From positions 38,998,001-39,062,000 of the forward strand of contig NC_043009.1 in assembly GCF_006345805.1 (NCBI RefSeq): a DNA stretch of 64,000 nucleotides, written 5' to 3'. The DNA is from Octopus sinensis (lineage: Eukaryota). Shown piece after piece: positions 39,566-52,530 of the stretch. A model generated the notes under the pieces. That model did no database searches and was not told the DNA's origin. It was given only the letters and a program-made list of their open reading frames with translations. The position numbers and the translations under genes are program-made. Numbering within the stretch: the first letter of the stretch is position 1; the number at the start of each line of letters is the position of its first letter.

Positions 39566-41149
39566 ATATGATCACAATTTATGATCACAATTTTTGTTTA
39601 TAAGTGAACTTTTCAGCAGAAGATTACAAATATTGTTGTCCATTGTGAATAAGATTATATGAAAGCCTAATTATAGCGATTGCTGCATGGATGGTGTTCT
39701 GCAATGGTTTGGACTAAAGTGGAGGGTTGGTAGACTGGAAGAATTTGGTTTCTGTAGAGAGACTATGGTAAGACATTGGCTGGTTGATTACTTGGGTTTT
39801 GGCTGATGGTAGTGCCCATAACTGCTTGCGGTACCTGTATGAGAGGAACACGTAGGATATGTTATTCGACATATCATCTAAATCGTTAGCCTCACTTTAG
39901 AGCTGCCGGAGCCAGAGCAACCGCAGTAGCAATGAAGTATTTGCAAGTTTATAATAAACAGTGGTGAAAAGCTAGATGCTAAACCTGTAATAAATGTTAT
40001 CTCAGCGGAGCAAAGTGGGGGAATGAATCTTATGTCTTTTATATACGAGATATTTGAAACAAAATCCAAGATTATAATTCACTACAGATACGTATTTTTA
40101 CACATTAATAGATACAAATATATATCTATTCGAAAAAATGCAGATTTTTCAGAGTTTATAAATAAAGCAAATATACTGAAAATTTCCATTTTTTTTATGC
40201 GCAAGCGAGCGATAAATAATATGTGCAAATATAACTGAATATATTTCCCCAGCTGATATCCCATATCCATTAATAGTGTCTCAGGTTTTTTTCTTTGCAA
40301 TAACATTATATATTCTAGTTTTCTTCACGACACAAGTTAGCTTATAGTTTGGGAAGTGAAAAGGTGGAGAGCTTCTTAAATGGTGCATGTTAGTATTTCT
40401 TGATATGGTCTATGAATTTTGGAAAATATAAAACATCACGTTTCACAAATGACTTAAAGAAACAACATTTTTATGAATTCTAACTCTAGGCATTCATTTC
40501 ATAGCGTGTCTGGAAAAATACTATCCTTGAATTACTGATGTTACTTTACTCTACAGAAGAAGCTGGGACTGTACTAAATTGCTACATATAGTTCAAAACA
40601 TGGCGGATAGATTAGCTTATTGAATCGTTAAACGTCTCTCCGAAGAAAGATTACTGAACAGTATATACATGAAAAAATACGGTATCATTTTAGTGTTCAC
40701 TTTTGAATAATAACTAACAATGCTGTTTGGTTTTGGTTCCGCTTCGTACAAAAAAAAATCGAATGTTTTACTGGCTAGTTAGATATAAATTCAATAATCT
40801 GTATAAAAATGACCGGAGTCAAAGTAAAAGTAAATATGCAACGCGAGGCAAAGATAAGTACAATGGAAACAAATTCAAAGTCAATAGAAAATGGAGAAAA
40901 AAAGAAGGATAAAGAAAAGATAGAGTTAAGAGAAATCAATACAAAGGACTGTAGTAGAGAATGAAGAGAAATATAAAAGGAAAAGTAGGAAGATAGCTAA
41001 AAAAAATAGGTGAATAATAAAGCTAGAATGTGTAGAATAGATAAAGAAATTAAAAAAATAGACTAACCAAAAGACAAGAACACAAGATAATGTAAAGAGC
41101 AATGTTTTGATTTCGGTTGTGTATATTTAGTAGACGGAGAAAATAGATT

Positions 41150-41700
41150 TTAAATGGACAAGGAACCTAAACGAGGAAAGTCTCCAAGAAAACGGCTCTG
41201 AGCCGGATAATCGAATGCTATGGTTTCAGTAGAACCGTTGAAATATGCATTCAGGTTGCATCTACTCTATGGTTTTATGAATTAAGGAAAAGTATACAAA
41301 AATGTTTACTTTCCTTTATGGAAGAAGTTTTAAAGTGATATGTAAATGAAAATGTTACTAGAAATAGGTCAGATATTTTTAATCTTGTTTTGCATCTGAA
41401 GTTATATATATTAACTTTTAAGGATTGTCTTTTTTTTTAAGATTTGATCTGTAGCAAATGACTTTGACTATAGATATATGGTATATGTTCCGCTTCGACG
41501 TCTGAGGGTTAATGGCTGTAGAAGAAAAATAGGAATGGATATAGTCTTAATGGAAGGTTAGATGTTCTGCGGACCCAGAGGAAGGTGGACACATTATGGA
41601 TGTCGAAAAATGGAGAGACAAGTGAATTTGTGAAGATGAATGCAGTGGCTGGAGACCAGGCATCTCTGAGAATAAGAGATCATGGTAGTAGCGATGGAAA
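41150..41700 (+). pseudogene. Possible heavily decayed relative of the zinc-knuckle ORF1 at 17499-18762
   Basis: Fragments in the same order: IIECYGFSRTVEICI (vs YISRGVKHATVWLLF), FLYGRSFKV (vs SYCGRKLIRA), VLMEG...GHIMD (vs VILEG..GHIKR). Weak, many breaks. Confidence 0.35.
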
Positions 41701-42239
41701 AGATAGAGAAATCATATAGCACGCAAAATGTTCGAGTTTGATATTAAGTGAGACATCCTGCTAATTAGTAATTTCTTGGTTGCGGGTTCAGGATGTGCGT
41801 TTGGGCAGTAATAACACAATCCATGATGTGTGATCAGTGTTCCTGAGTAGCTCTAACTTAATCCTTTTAAATCCCCAATTAGGCACTATTGCGACCTATA
41901 ATATTTGCTGCTCTGAAGTGTAAAACCAGTCTTCGTGGTGCAGACTTGATAATATTGAGGAGTTGGGATCCCCGATCGCGATCATCAATGACAGCAAGGC
42001 CTAGTACTTGTGATGACGTTTGAGCTGAAGTAGTTATCTATGCGTCATAATTATAGACCAGTTACCCCAGTATTATTCCTGAGATAATCTCTTTTAGACG
42101 TGAGCACGTCCATAACAGATGTTACCACAGGAGGAATACCGCAGTAATCGCCTATCAACGATTATATATACATTAACTATGCTATAAATAGCTATTGTAA
42201 TTTCATACTATCTCAGTTAAATATACCAAACCATATTGT

Positions 42240-43400
42240 TTTATTGTTGATACGAAGTGGTAGAGTTTTTGTCTTGTTGAATAAAATTATATTAGCATGA
42301 TCTTATTAGAGAATGACTTTGAGGTGGTGTTCATGATCACAGTGCATGTTTGGCGTGACAAGTCTAAGTTGCTTATGAATGTTGGTTGAAAACAGGTCAT
42401 GAAGGAAGGAAGGGTGGTAATATATGGTTAAGAGAGGAGGTCGTTGGCGTTGATGCAAATAGGTCTTTGGCGTATATTAGGAAGAGTCAGGGTGATAAAA
42501 CAAAATCTTAGGACACGCTAGATCAGAGTATAGGTCAGATGGAGAGAGTGAGAGGGGGCAGAAAGATAGATATCATTCTGCCCCTCTCCATCTCTTTCTT
42601 TCACAGACTGTCAGGAAGAGACAGACAGATAGACCACTGAGAGATAGATAGATAGATAGTTAGAGAGAGAGAGAGAGAGAGAGAGTGAGTGAAAGAAAGA
42701 GAGAGAGAAATTCCATCAAGGGACACTGCGATAGTATGGATTTGCAAGGAACTTCATAACCTATAGGCAAGAAACTTCCTATCTTGGTCTATCCCATGGG
42801 CAAGAGGCAAAGCTAAGATATTCCCCTGACAGATACAACCAAATGCCAACTATTACGGCGTTTTCTCTCATTTCTTCAGAGGTGAGACTACAGTGTATGA
42901 GATAAGAGAACAGGGTTTCAGTAGATTTAGTTTCACGGGAGCTATATAGATGTCATTAGCAAGAAAGGAGCATTCAAATTGTTATGGATTGTGTTTGTTA
43001 ATGACTATCTTCATCACTTCGTGGTATGGGAATTGAGATCGATAGTTCGATAGTTCACGGGTTACAGAGGTTTCTGTTATTAGCAATGGATCACACTTTA
43101 ATGTGCTTCTGAAAATCATGGTAGCGCCCTCAAGTGAAAGGCGGAAGTAGACAGGTAGGAGAGAAATGGAGAGAGAGAGAGTGGGAGAGAAAGTGGGAGA
43201 GAAAATGATAGAGAGAGAGAGATAGTAAGAGCGAGAGAAAGACAGAGAGAAGTATCTGGTGAGGATAGGAGTTGACTCTGCAGTACATTGTCTAAAATTG
43301 AAAGAACAGATTTGGGGTTTTGTTGAATATGCAGATGAATTATTTATCGCTGATAAACCAAACCATAACAAAATAATATCTGGTTATGCTCTTCTATTTT
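42240..43400 (-). mobile_element. Decayed LINE RT remnant (I/Jockey or CR1 group)
   Basis: Minus: PVNYRTIDL (NYRPISL-like, about 43070) and SVS*DFVLSP*LFLIYAKDL (GVPQGSVLSPTLFLIYINDL-like, about 42530). Confidence 0.6.
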
Positions 43401-44984
43401 TCTAGTTAGTTTTTTTAGTCATCTTTATGAGGTCCATACTGGAGCAACACTGTCGCAATACGAGACAAAAAATTACAATTAGATTTATTATTTTTAACTA
43501 GTCACCACTTTTCTTCCATAATCCTGGTTCTAATGTTCTCAACAATGAATTATTTTGATTAAGCATATCTAAAAGTTATGTTAGGAAAGAGGGAGCTTAT
43601 TAAAAGAAATCAACCCATAAACGTAATTATTGCCGAATTTCATATCGATTAAAAACGGAGACATTCAGATTAGAGTCTTGAGGAATCGCGACGTGTCTCC
43701 TCTGTCTCATCCGTCATTCGTATATTATGATTTATACAGTAAAATAATCTTGCACTATAGGCAAGGGAACCTCTGTATTTAAATAAGCTAATTTATGACT
43801 ACAGGTATTATTATATCTTCTCATATAATATAGCCGCCTTTCAATTAACACATATTTAAATGCATTCAATCATTATTAAGATTAATATCATATTCTACCA
43901 AATCTCATTTAATTGAATAAAGAATTTCTATATTTAACACTGGGTTTGAAAAAAAAATTACACTTTATTTTTCAATGTCAGAAGAGATAAATTCTAATGT
44001 AATTTTATGAGATGGGAACATTCTTTTTGTCAATAATAAAATCTTTATATATCCACAGCATAACTGACATTTGAGCTGTTAGTAGTCGTCATAACTCTAA
44101 ACCGACAGTGCACATATGGCATATAAGTATCTACTTGGTTTCGGGGATGTTAGGATTCTTTTGTATTCACTGCACTCTATAGATGCACATATTAGAGCAA
44201 TTGACGCCGGAAATGCAAGCCGTTTTGGCGTCTAGTAAATTAAGAGAAGAAACATGTGTTCGAAAGTCTTAACTACTTTCTGTGTCAAAGCAATGTCAAA
44301 CACATGTCTGTAATAAAAAATATTCTGTCTGAGAAAACATAAAATAGAGAGAATAGCTACAAGGCACTAAGAAGTATTTGCAAGTAATATAATCGAGCAT
44401 TAGTATCTAAAAACTTAAAAGAATAATTTTAAAAAAATATGTATAAATTATGAGTGTAACCAATACAGGAAGGTAAGGAGACAGCTACATTCAGATACTA
44501 ATTTTTTTTTTGCTTACATTTTTTCTGAGAATACCAATTGTAAGTTAAATATGTTCTGAATGTAAAAGAAAAGAAGATACAAATGTTGTTGTTGAGGTCT
44601 AATGAAAGAGTGACCTGCATCCATTGATAGTGCATCTGGGAACATATTTCCCAATGTGCTATACTATTTCTTGTTCTAGGAGAGCAGTGTGTGATTCGAG
44701 AATGATGTGACATTTCTAACTGTACATGCTTCGAAATAGAAACTCCAGCCATAGCTCAGATTTACCAATTGTTTGATGAAAACATCGAAAAAGTTTCGAT
44801 TTTGAGCGTTGAAAAATGTTTAGAAGCATTTTATAACTTTGTATATATAATTCTCGCTTATCTCTATGTTTTATCTATATTTGCTTCAGTAATTGAACTG
44901 GAGTAAATGCTGGGTATCGCCTGAAAGTCGTTAATAAATCAGTTTGATTGCACAGTGTTTTTAAATCTGGTACCAACTACATCT

Positions 44985-45240
44985 GACTCTTTATCCGGCT
45001 AACAATGTGAGCCGGATAACCTAGACAAACAACACTTGTTGTCAAGCAATGTGGGGAAACCTCAGACACATGCGTGCGCATACACGGACATACATATATA
45101 TATACACACAAAAAAAAGGCACATGCACAAACACGCATGCATACAAATATGCAACGGTGTTCCACACATTTTCCAGTCTGCCAAATTCACTCGAAAGGTA
45201 TTAATCGAATCTGGGTCAATAATAGAAAACCCTTGACGTG
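44985..45240 (-). mobile_element. Decayed family A SINE fragment
   Basis: TTGTCAAGCAATGTGGGGAAAC and TTTTCCAGTCTGCCAAATTCACTC align to family A body. Confidence 0.55.
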
Positions 45241-45568
45241 GGTGGGCGTAGTGGAATGGAACTCGAAATCACAAGACGCTGAAGCACATTTCATACTCAT
45301 ACATCGACGCTTCCGCCTAAACCATTATACCCTGCCTGAAAAGCCCAAACATTTAGGCTCATACATAAGAATTGTGACTTGAGATTATTCTACATTGCAG
45401 TTTATTTTATGACTTGTAAATATATATTTTGAAGCCTCAGTGTTTAATAGGTATCGTCTTAATTCATAGTATGCTCATGCCATAGGAGCATTTTAAATAA
45501 ACGTACACACACACAAAGATTATATGGACGTATTATATACATATATACACACACAAGCAACTATATAA

Positions 45569-45653
<85 letters not shown>

Positions 45654-46523
45654 TATATATATATTATATATATATATATATGTATATGTATGTATATATA
45701 TATATATATATATTATATATAGTTTTTGCTGACAAATTTTAATAAATGATATAAAGGAAATGTGTATTGAAGAGACAATAATAACAATAAATTTGGTATT
45801 CATAAATAAAACAACCTGGTCAGGCTGGCAGGAATGTTTTTAGCAGAAAGTTTTAAGTTAGAACACAACCTAAGTGTAATCCATCTGATGCATTAAGATA
45901 TCTTTGAATATACTTGAAATTTAAAAGGAGAATCAATCATAAAAATAAAATAGAGATTGTTAAAAGATAACAAAAATAAGAGAGTCATTTTGTTATACTT
46001 TAATACAGCCAGAATAAGTTATTTCAGTTTGTAAGTTAAGTCATGAAAAATCTATATCAAACAGATAGCGACATATTTAATATATCACGGTAGTCGCCGT
46101 CGTCGTTATCAGCAGTAGTAGAAGAAGCAGTAGCAGTATCATGAACGAAAATAAGAAGAATATGAAGAAGTATTAGAAGAGTAACAAAATATATATCAAT
46201 AGAAGAAGATGCACATAAATTGATTATAATGGTAAATCTATAATGTCTATTGTAAAACGAATGGCTTGTGAAGATAAGACTGTTGAGAGACAGAAGGAGA
46301 TACTGAAGAATATTTATTGGACAGTTTCGGACTAAGCAATTGGCTTTGAGTTCGCTTTGTACTGTTTGATGTATTTTATTGCACTCGCGAACAACAAGAT
46401 GTGTGTAATAATCAAAGTAAGTAAGTAATACTTGAGCGAGTGTGTAAAGTCGAATAATTTTGAATATATAAAATGGATCTTCAATTACCGAAATGGTAGG
46501 AATTTATCTTCGTCCAAGTTTGG

Positions 46524-46575
<52 letters not shown>

Positions 46576-47308
46576 ATACATACACACATGTATATATATA
46601 TATATGTAAAAATACATACATATATTTATGTATATATAAATATAAGTAACAATACATACATGTATTTACATGTATGTGTATACATCTGTATATATGGATA
46701 AATATAAAAATATAATTCCATCTAAATAGACATATATATATATATATATAATATATATATATATACATACATGTATGGGTGTGAATATATATCTATCTTT
46801 ATATGTATATATGAATATATATGTAAATATCTATACACACACATATGAATAAATATACATATTTATATATAAATGTACAAGTGTGTGTATATATATATAT
46901 ACTTGTGTATATATGTATGTTTACACACACACACACACACGCAAACACAAGCACACGCACACACATACCCACAAACATACAGAAGAGGAGTGGTGGAGGA
47001 ATATGTGTGCGTATGTATGAGTTTACCAAACCGGCGCCACTGAGATAATACTTATTTTACTATCTTAAACTGTATTCTTAAAATTAAAACTGATGATAAG
47101 TGGGGTAAAATCTGACTGACAACTAGAAATTATTATTCCTTACATGATTTATTTCGAGACTTCTCTCTATTTTAGTTATGTTTGTAAGCTGTTCAATAGA
47201 TTATATTAAATATATAATCTTCGTTTAGTTTCTGTAGCACACTTAATATATATAGAACTCAGAATGTGCATGCATATATATATATATATAATATATATAA
47301 TATATATA

Positions 47309-47356
<48 letters not shown>

Positions 47357-47453
47357 TATACATGATATGATATATGTACATATGTATATGTATATATGTA
47401 TATATGTATATATGTATATATATTTGTGTGTATATATATGTATATACATGTAT

Positions 47454-47513
<60 letters not shown>

Positions 47514-47518
47514 ATATA

Positions 47519-48770
47519 GTGGGTCATCCCATAAATAATGCGGTGATTTTTATACGTCTTTTATTGGTCAAAATTACGATAAACAAAGTTCGTTTTCAAT
47601 CTAAAATATACTCTCCTTCATTTTCTACAATACTCTTCCATCTAACTGGTGGACTTGCAAGGCCCTCTTCCAAAATTCACTTGTCCGTGACGTAAAATAC
47701 CCTTCTAGTACTGCTGTAACCTCGTCTACAAAATTCATATTTTCCCCTTCGAAATGATTTTGAAAACTGCGGAATAAGTGATAATCAGATGGAGCAATGT
47801 CCGGCCCATATGGTGAGTGGGGCATCGTTTCCCTTTCAAACTGTTCCAGCCTTAAGAATGCAATCCTCGTTGTATATGGCCGAGCATTATCCTGATGGAT
47901 GAAACCCTTTCGTCTTGAAACCAAAGGTGGTCATTTTTTTCTTCTAACGCTGGCTTACGCTGCTCAGGCTGCTCGCAATAGATCTCCTTTATTATTTTTT
48001 GGTTTAGTTTTAAAAGTTCAAAGTGGACTAAACCTTTCATATACCACCAAACAGATAACAACACCTTACGTGGGTGAAAACCTTTTTTGGCCTCGAGTGC
48101 CCGTGTTTCTCCTTTCCCTACCCAATGTCTTCGCACATTTGACATTTTTATCGAGAACCCATTTCTCGTCACCAGTCACTGTCCAGTCTATAAAAAAAAG
48201 TTTCATTCGTGAGACGTGACTACAAAGAAGATGACATGTTCACTCTCTGCGCGCGATTAAACTCGGAAAATTTGTGACGAACCCATTCACCCAATTTGCT
48301 GACTTTTCCGATGGTACGCAGGTGTCGATAAAAAGTTGAATGACCAAATACAATCTTCTTTGCTAGTTCCTTAACAGTTACGATGGGGTTTTGTTCCACA
48401 CGTTTTGCAGGACATCCTCGACGAGCTCTACAGACCTTCCAGAAAGAGGTTTGTCTTCTAGGTTGTAGTTTCCAGACCGCAATTTCTGGAAACACCGTTG
48501 ACACCGGCTTACGCGTATTGTCCGATCCCCATATACAACGTTAATATTCCTCCCACTTTCCATTGCGTTGTTGCCTGTATTGAACTAATAAAGTAAAATA
48601 TGCTGAATATCCTCTATTATAGCTTTGAAAAATTAACTGTTAATATCGAACTGCACTCTTCAAAATTTCAAAACTAAGAATAAGTACAAGATATAATTAC
48701 TATCTGCTTTTATAGCAAGCTGATGGAGATTGTTTACCTCATGCCCACCCCGACTTTTAGTTCATGCAGT
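47519..48770 (-). mobile_element. Mariner (DD34D) transposon, near full length, frameshifted, one TIR retained
   Basis: TA + GTGGGTCATCCCATAAATAATGCGG end at 47519; minus ORF pieces with HTH (GDRTIRVSRCQRCFQK..LEDKP.SGR), GEWVRHK, VTGDEKW, LLSVWW, HQDNARP, PYGPDIAPSDYHLF. Confidence 0.95.
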
Positions 48771-49120
48771 TATGAGTGTGTGTGTGTGTGCATGTGCGTG
48801 TGAGGATCTAAACAGATTGATTCAAATTCGTAGTACTCTTGGGTTTCAAGCGCGATGATAGTCGTCGAGTATTTCGAATTTCAAAATTCGAAATGGCTGA
48901 TGACTAGCATCACGCTTGAATCTCAAGAATACCAAAGAATTTGAATGAATCTATTTTGATCCATACATGTAACTCTCAATAAACTGGTTGAGTATCCTTT
49001 CGTTTGTCCAGTCACTCGTGTATATATATATATATATTCGGTGTGTGGTGAGGCAAATCGTTGCTAAACCCTTAATTACTTAGTATTACTTATATATATA
49101 TATATATATATAATTCCAAA

Positions 49121-49495
49121 ATTAGAAATTCCATTTACCAATGTAAAATTTCTTCCGGTACCGATGTCTTCTTCTATATTGGGGCAACTACTTCTAAATT
49201 AGCCCACAGGATCTCCAATCATTATTCAACTTTCCGAGATAAGAGAAAACAACAAAGCACAGGACTAAATAAATTAGTTTGGCGTCTTAAGTACAGCAAT
49301 ACAACTTTAAAGCTGGAATGGTCCATATTGTCTGTATCCTTTCCGTTTGATAATGGCAGAAAATTTTGTGGCGTCTGTAATTCCGAACTTTTCCATATAT
49401 TGTTCGCCAAAGTCCATTTAATAAATACAATGGTCGAGAAATCCTATAGGTGCATGTACTGGCAGAAACACACCTTTCACTCATATAAATGTTGA
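49121..49495 (+). CDS. Penelope GIY-YIG endonuclease domain fragment (124 open codons, no start, 5'-truncated)
   Basis: Manual translation: IRNSIYQCKISSGTDVFFYIGATTSKLAHRISNHYSTFRDKRKQQSTGLNKLVWRLK..EWSILSVSFPFDNGRKFCGVCNSELFHIL.. Not in the ORF track. Confidence 0.85.
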   Translation: MRNSIYQCKISSGTDVFFYIGATTSKLAHRISNHYSTFRDKRKQQSTGLNKLVWRLKYSNTTLKLEWSILSVSFPFDNGRKFCGVCNSELFHILFAKVHLINTMVEKSYRCMYWQKHTFHSYKC

Positions 49496-50041
49496 TTAAT
49501 ATAGATAACCTCCTTGAATTTTAATAATATAGTCCCATTTATATATCACCCCCATAGTCAATTTTTATACCCATAAATGACTACTACCCAAGGTATGTTT
49601 TACCTTTGTCTCTCTACCTCACCCTCCTCTCTCTCTCTGTCCCTCTCTCTATCGTAAGCACAATCAAACACACAGACACAAACCTGTCACTTCACCACTG
49701 TCTGTTTTTGGCATCTATCCAACCACACACACACATTCACGCACACACATACACACACATAGACATGAATGCAGTTATATACATACACACACATAGGCAC
49801 TCAATCACAAAAGAAAACAACAACAAATCACCATTCATATGACCTGCACCCTGTCACCTTCCTATTCTTAGACCTCTCTCCTCCAACCTTGTTTGAACCC
49901 TTGAACCTTCTAGAATCTTCTAAATTCAACCATTTTTGACGTCACTGCTTATAACGGAATATTTTAAAGAAACACTCATTATCGCTATGGGCTCCGTGTG
50001 GGCAGTCATCTAAAAATTTTTGTTCATCATGATGCTAACAT

Positions 50042-50146
50042 AAGTTCCTTGTTTTTCCTGATGAGAAAGCGGCATAATGCACCGCTTATTCCTTCGAAAT
50101 TAGGAATATGCAGCCTCCGAAACATATGTCGAGAATAAAGGAATTT
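50042..50146 (+). ncRNA. Type I hammerhead ribozyme (PLE-associated)
   Basis: CUGAUGA 50058-64; GAAAC 50119-23; palindromic stem III AC-AUAU-GU; GUC cleavage triplet 50128-30; stem I 50042-57/50131-46 (14 of 16 pairs including G-U); G10.1-C11.1 present. Confidence 0.8.
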
Positions 50147-50176
50147 TGTTAATTCGTCGTTCAACTCCATTCTTTC

Positions 50177-50207
<31 letters not shown>

Positions 50208-50229
50208 CGAGTGACTGTGTGTATGTGTG

Positions 50230-50297
<68 letters not shown>

Positions 50298-50329
50298 AAT
50301 ATATATGTAGAAGAAAACAAGTAATTGGA

Positions 50330-50570
50330 ATTATTCATTACGCATGTTTCATTTGCCGATAGGAATTACAAAATTGTACATGTTAGATAGTCATGTAAAT
50401 ATTTCCTATTAGAAATTCTTCAGACAGAGTAATTAAATAATACACGCATTATAATATATAGAAACATTTACATGTGAATATTATTTACTTTGTTTGTGTG
50501 AAGAATTTTTAGTAGGAAATTCCTCACATGTCTATCTAACATGTAACAATTTGTCATATAGTAATTCTAC
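50330..50570 (-). mobile_element. Second PLE terminal-repeat fragment: minus-strand hammerhead core plus partial inverted duplication
   Basis: Minus CTGAAGA (50423-50417)..GAAAC-ATGC-GTA (about 50352-50341); 50363-50440 is an approximate reverse complement of 50480-50568. Confidence 0.55.
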
Positions 50571-50681
50571 AAATAATTTGTATGTTGCACACAGCAACGT
50601 AGGCTACATACTGAATTGTAATAACGGAATAGGCAGATGTGCTCCAAGATGAATTAGTTAGGTTTTACCCGAACTATCAAC

Positions 50682-50704
<23 letters not shown>

Positions 50705-50720
<16 letters not shown>

Positions 50721-51973
50721 ATTAGAGATAAAACCACTATTAGGCAAATCAAAAATTATTTAAATAATTTAAAATTATAAATTTTATATATATATACAAA
50801 TATATATATATATATGCATGTATATTTTTATATTTATATATTAATTAATCAATTAATTTATATATTTATTATTATTATTATATTATTATTATTATTTTTT
50901 TAAATATCAAAAGTATTAAAAGTTTAAGAAAAGATAAAGAGTAAAACACTACGATCGTTTCATAGATGTACCAATTCGAATAACAATAATTTAAATTCAA
51001 TTAATAATTCGAGTTATGGTTACAGTCAATATTCAGGTTAATTGAGATATTTTAAAAATAATCAGAAATATTTAAACAATATTTTTAAGATATAAATAAT
51101 ATAATTTTACTTATAATTAACTCTATTATCAAACTAGAAACTTAAAACTTAACAATTATGCTTATATCAAGATCGATTAAAATGTTACATATTAATTTTA
51201 ATTTATAAGGTAAGAAACCCACCAATAATCTAATATCAGCAATAGTCTATATCTAATTACACAAATATAAAAAAAAATTACTATTATATATCAATGAAAA
51301 TATATAAATGTATATACATATTATAATTAAGATCTAAAATAATCTCTATAAATAAATATATATGCACATATAATAAATACCTAATAAATTAATTTTTCAT
51401 ATTTAAAGATGAAATAGCTAATTTCAAAAATACAAACAAACAAACTGAAACAAACTTTCGGAAATCTTATTTAAAATACTTATAGAAATAATCAATTCGT
51501 AGTTATATAGTATCGAATAAATACTATAAATACTATAAATATAATTATCAATGGGAATAACTAGCGAATATCAATTTAAAAAGACAATAACTAAGTTATG
51601 CTATTAAGTTAGACATGGCCTGGACCAATCGTTAGTCGAAACATATCTAAGTTTATCAAAGTTTATCTAATTTTAATTATAAGAAATTTAAAACTACAAT
51701 TAATACTATTAATACATGTATATACAAAAGCCTAACTTTAGACACCTCATATACTTGCTATCAAACAACAAATCTATCGTTAAGTAATATCTTACGAATA
51801 AACTTAAATTTAATATCTAATAATATAGAAAATTACGATAATTAGATCATTACATAAACAACGATATTTACATAAGGAAAATATTATTACACCAAAGACT
51901 TATAAAATATTAAAATTTACAATTTAAAGACCTTAAATATAAATAAATACTTATCTTAGCGAGGTTTTGTAAT
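50705..51973. other. Extremely AT-rich, non-microsatellite block (probable PLE-derived remnant)
   Basis: Lines 51061-51120 and 51301-51360 contain only 5 and 6 G+C of 60; hammerhead half-core GAAAC-GATC-GTA on the minus strand near 50961-50950. Confidence 0.5.
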
Positions 51974-52132
51974 GAACTACAATATGAATTACAAAACCTC
52001 GCTAAGATAAGTATTTATTTATATTTAAGGCCTTTAAATTGTAAATTTTAATATTTTATAAGTCTTTGGTGTAATAATATTTTCCTTATGTAAATATCGT
52101 TGCTTATGTAATGATCTAATTATCGTAATTTT
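51829..52132. repeat. Near-perfect palindrome: 145-bp arms, 14-nt spacer
   Basis: 51829-51973 vs reverse complement of 51988-52132 = 143/145 identical by manual comparison. Confidence 0.97.
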
Positions 52133-52334
52133 GCCCGTAATCCATTATTTTATTTGCTGATTAGAAACACCCAACCCTTGGTTGAATCATAACTGACTAA
52201 AACCTCTGCAGGTTCATCCGTTTGTAAATTTATTGTAAAATTATTTTCATGTTAGAACAATTCCGGTCGGGGCAGATCAGCTGTTAACTAAATTGACTCT
52301 GGTAAATTAAGGTCACTTTAGTTTAAAGGCCCTG

Positions 52335-52530
52335 AAAGGCACGTGATCTAGTGGTTAGGAGTTTGCAGACACAATCGCAAGATCGTGTTTTCGATTCCTG
52401 CAGTAGGTAGTGCATTGTATTCTCGTGCAAAACACTTCATTTCACGTAGCTTCCTGCGATGGACTAGCATCCCGTTGAAATAAAATGTTGTGGTCTCGGC
52501 CACTTGTACACCATGGAAACCAAATAAACA
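52335..52530 (+). mobile_element. Decayed tRNA-derived SINE
   Basis: GGCACGTGATCTAGTGGTTAGG..TTTTCGATTCC A/B-box-like head. Confidence 0.6.

Larger units (their letters stand above)
49112..50180 (+). mobile_element. Penelope-like element 3' fragment: GIY-YIG, 3' UTR, hammerhead
   Basis: See the GIY-YIG frame 49121-49495 and hammerhead 50042-50146; this order matches PLE 3' terminal repeats. Confidence 0.8.

Noticed and set aside
40557-40681. Exon-like segment (RSWDCTKLLHIVQNMADRLAY*IVKR..)
   Set aside because: In-frame stop, weak donor, no family match.
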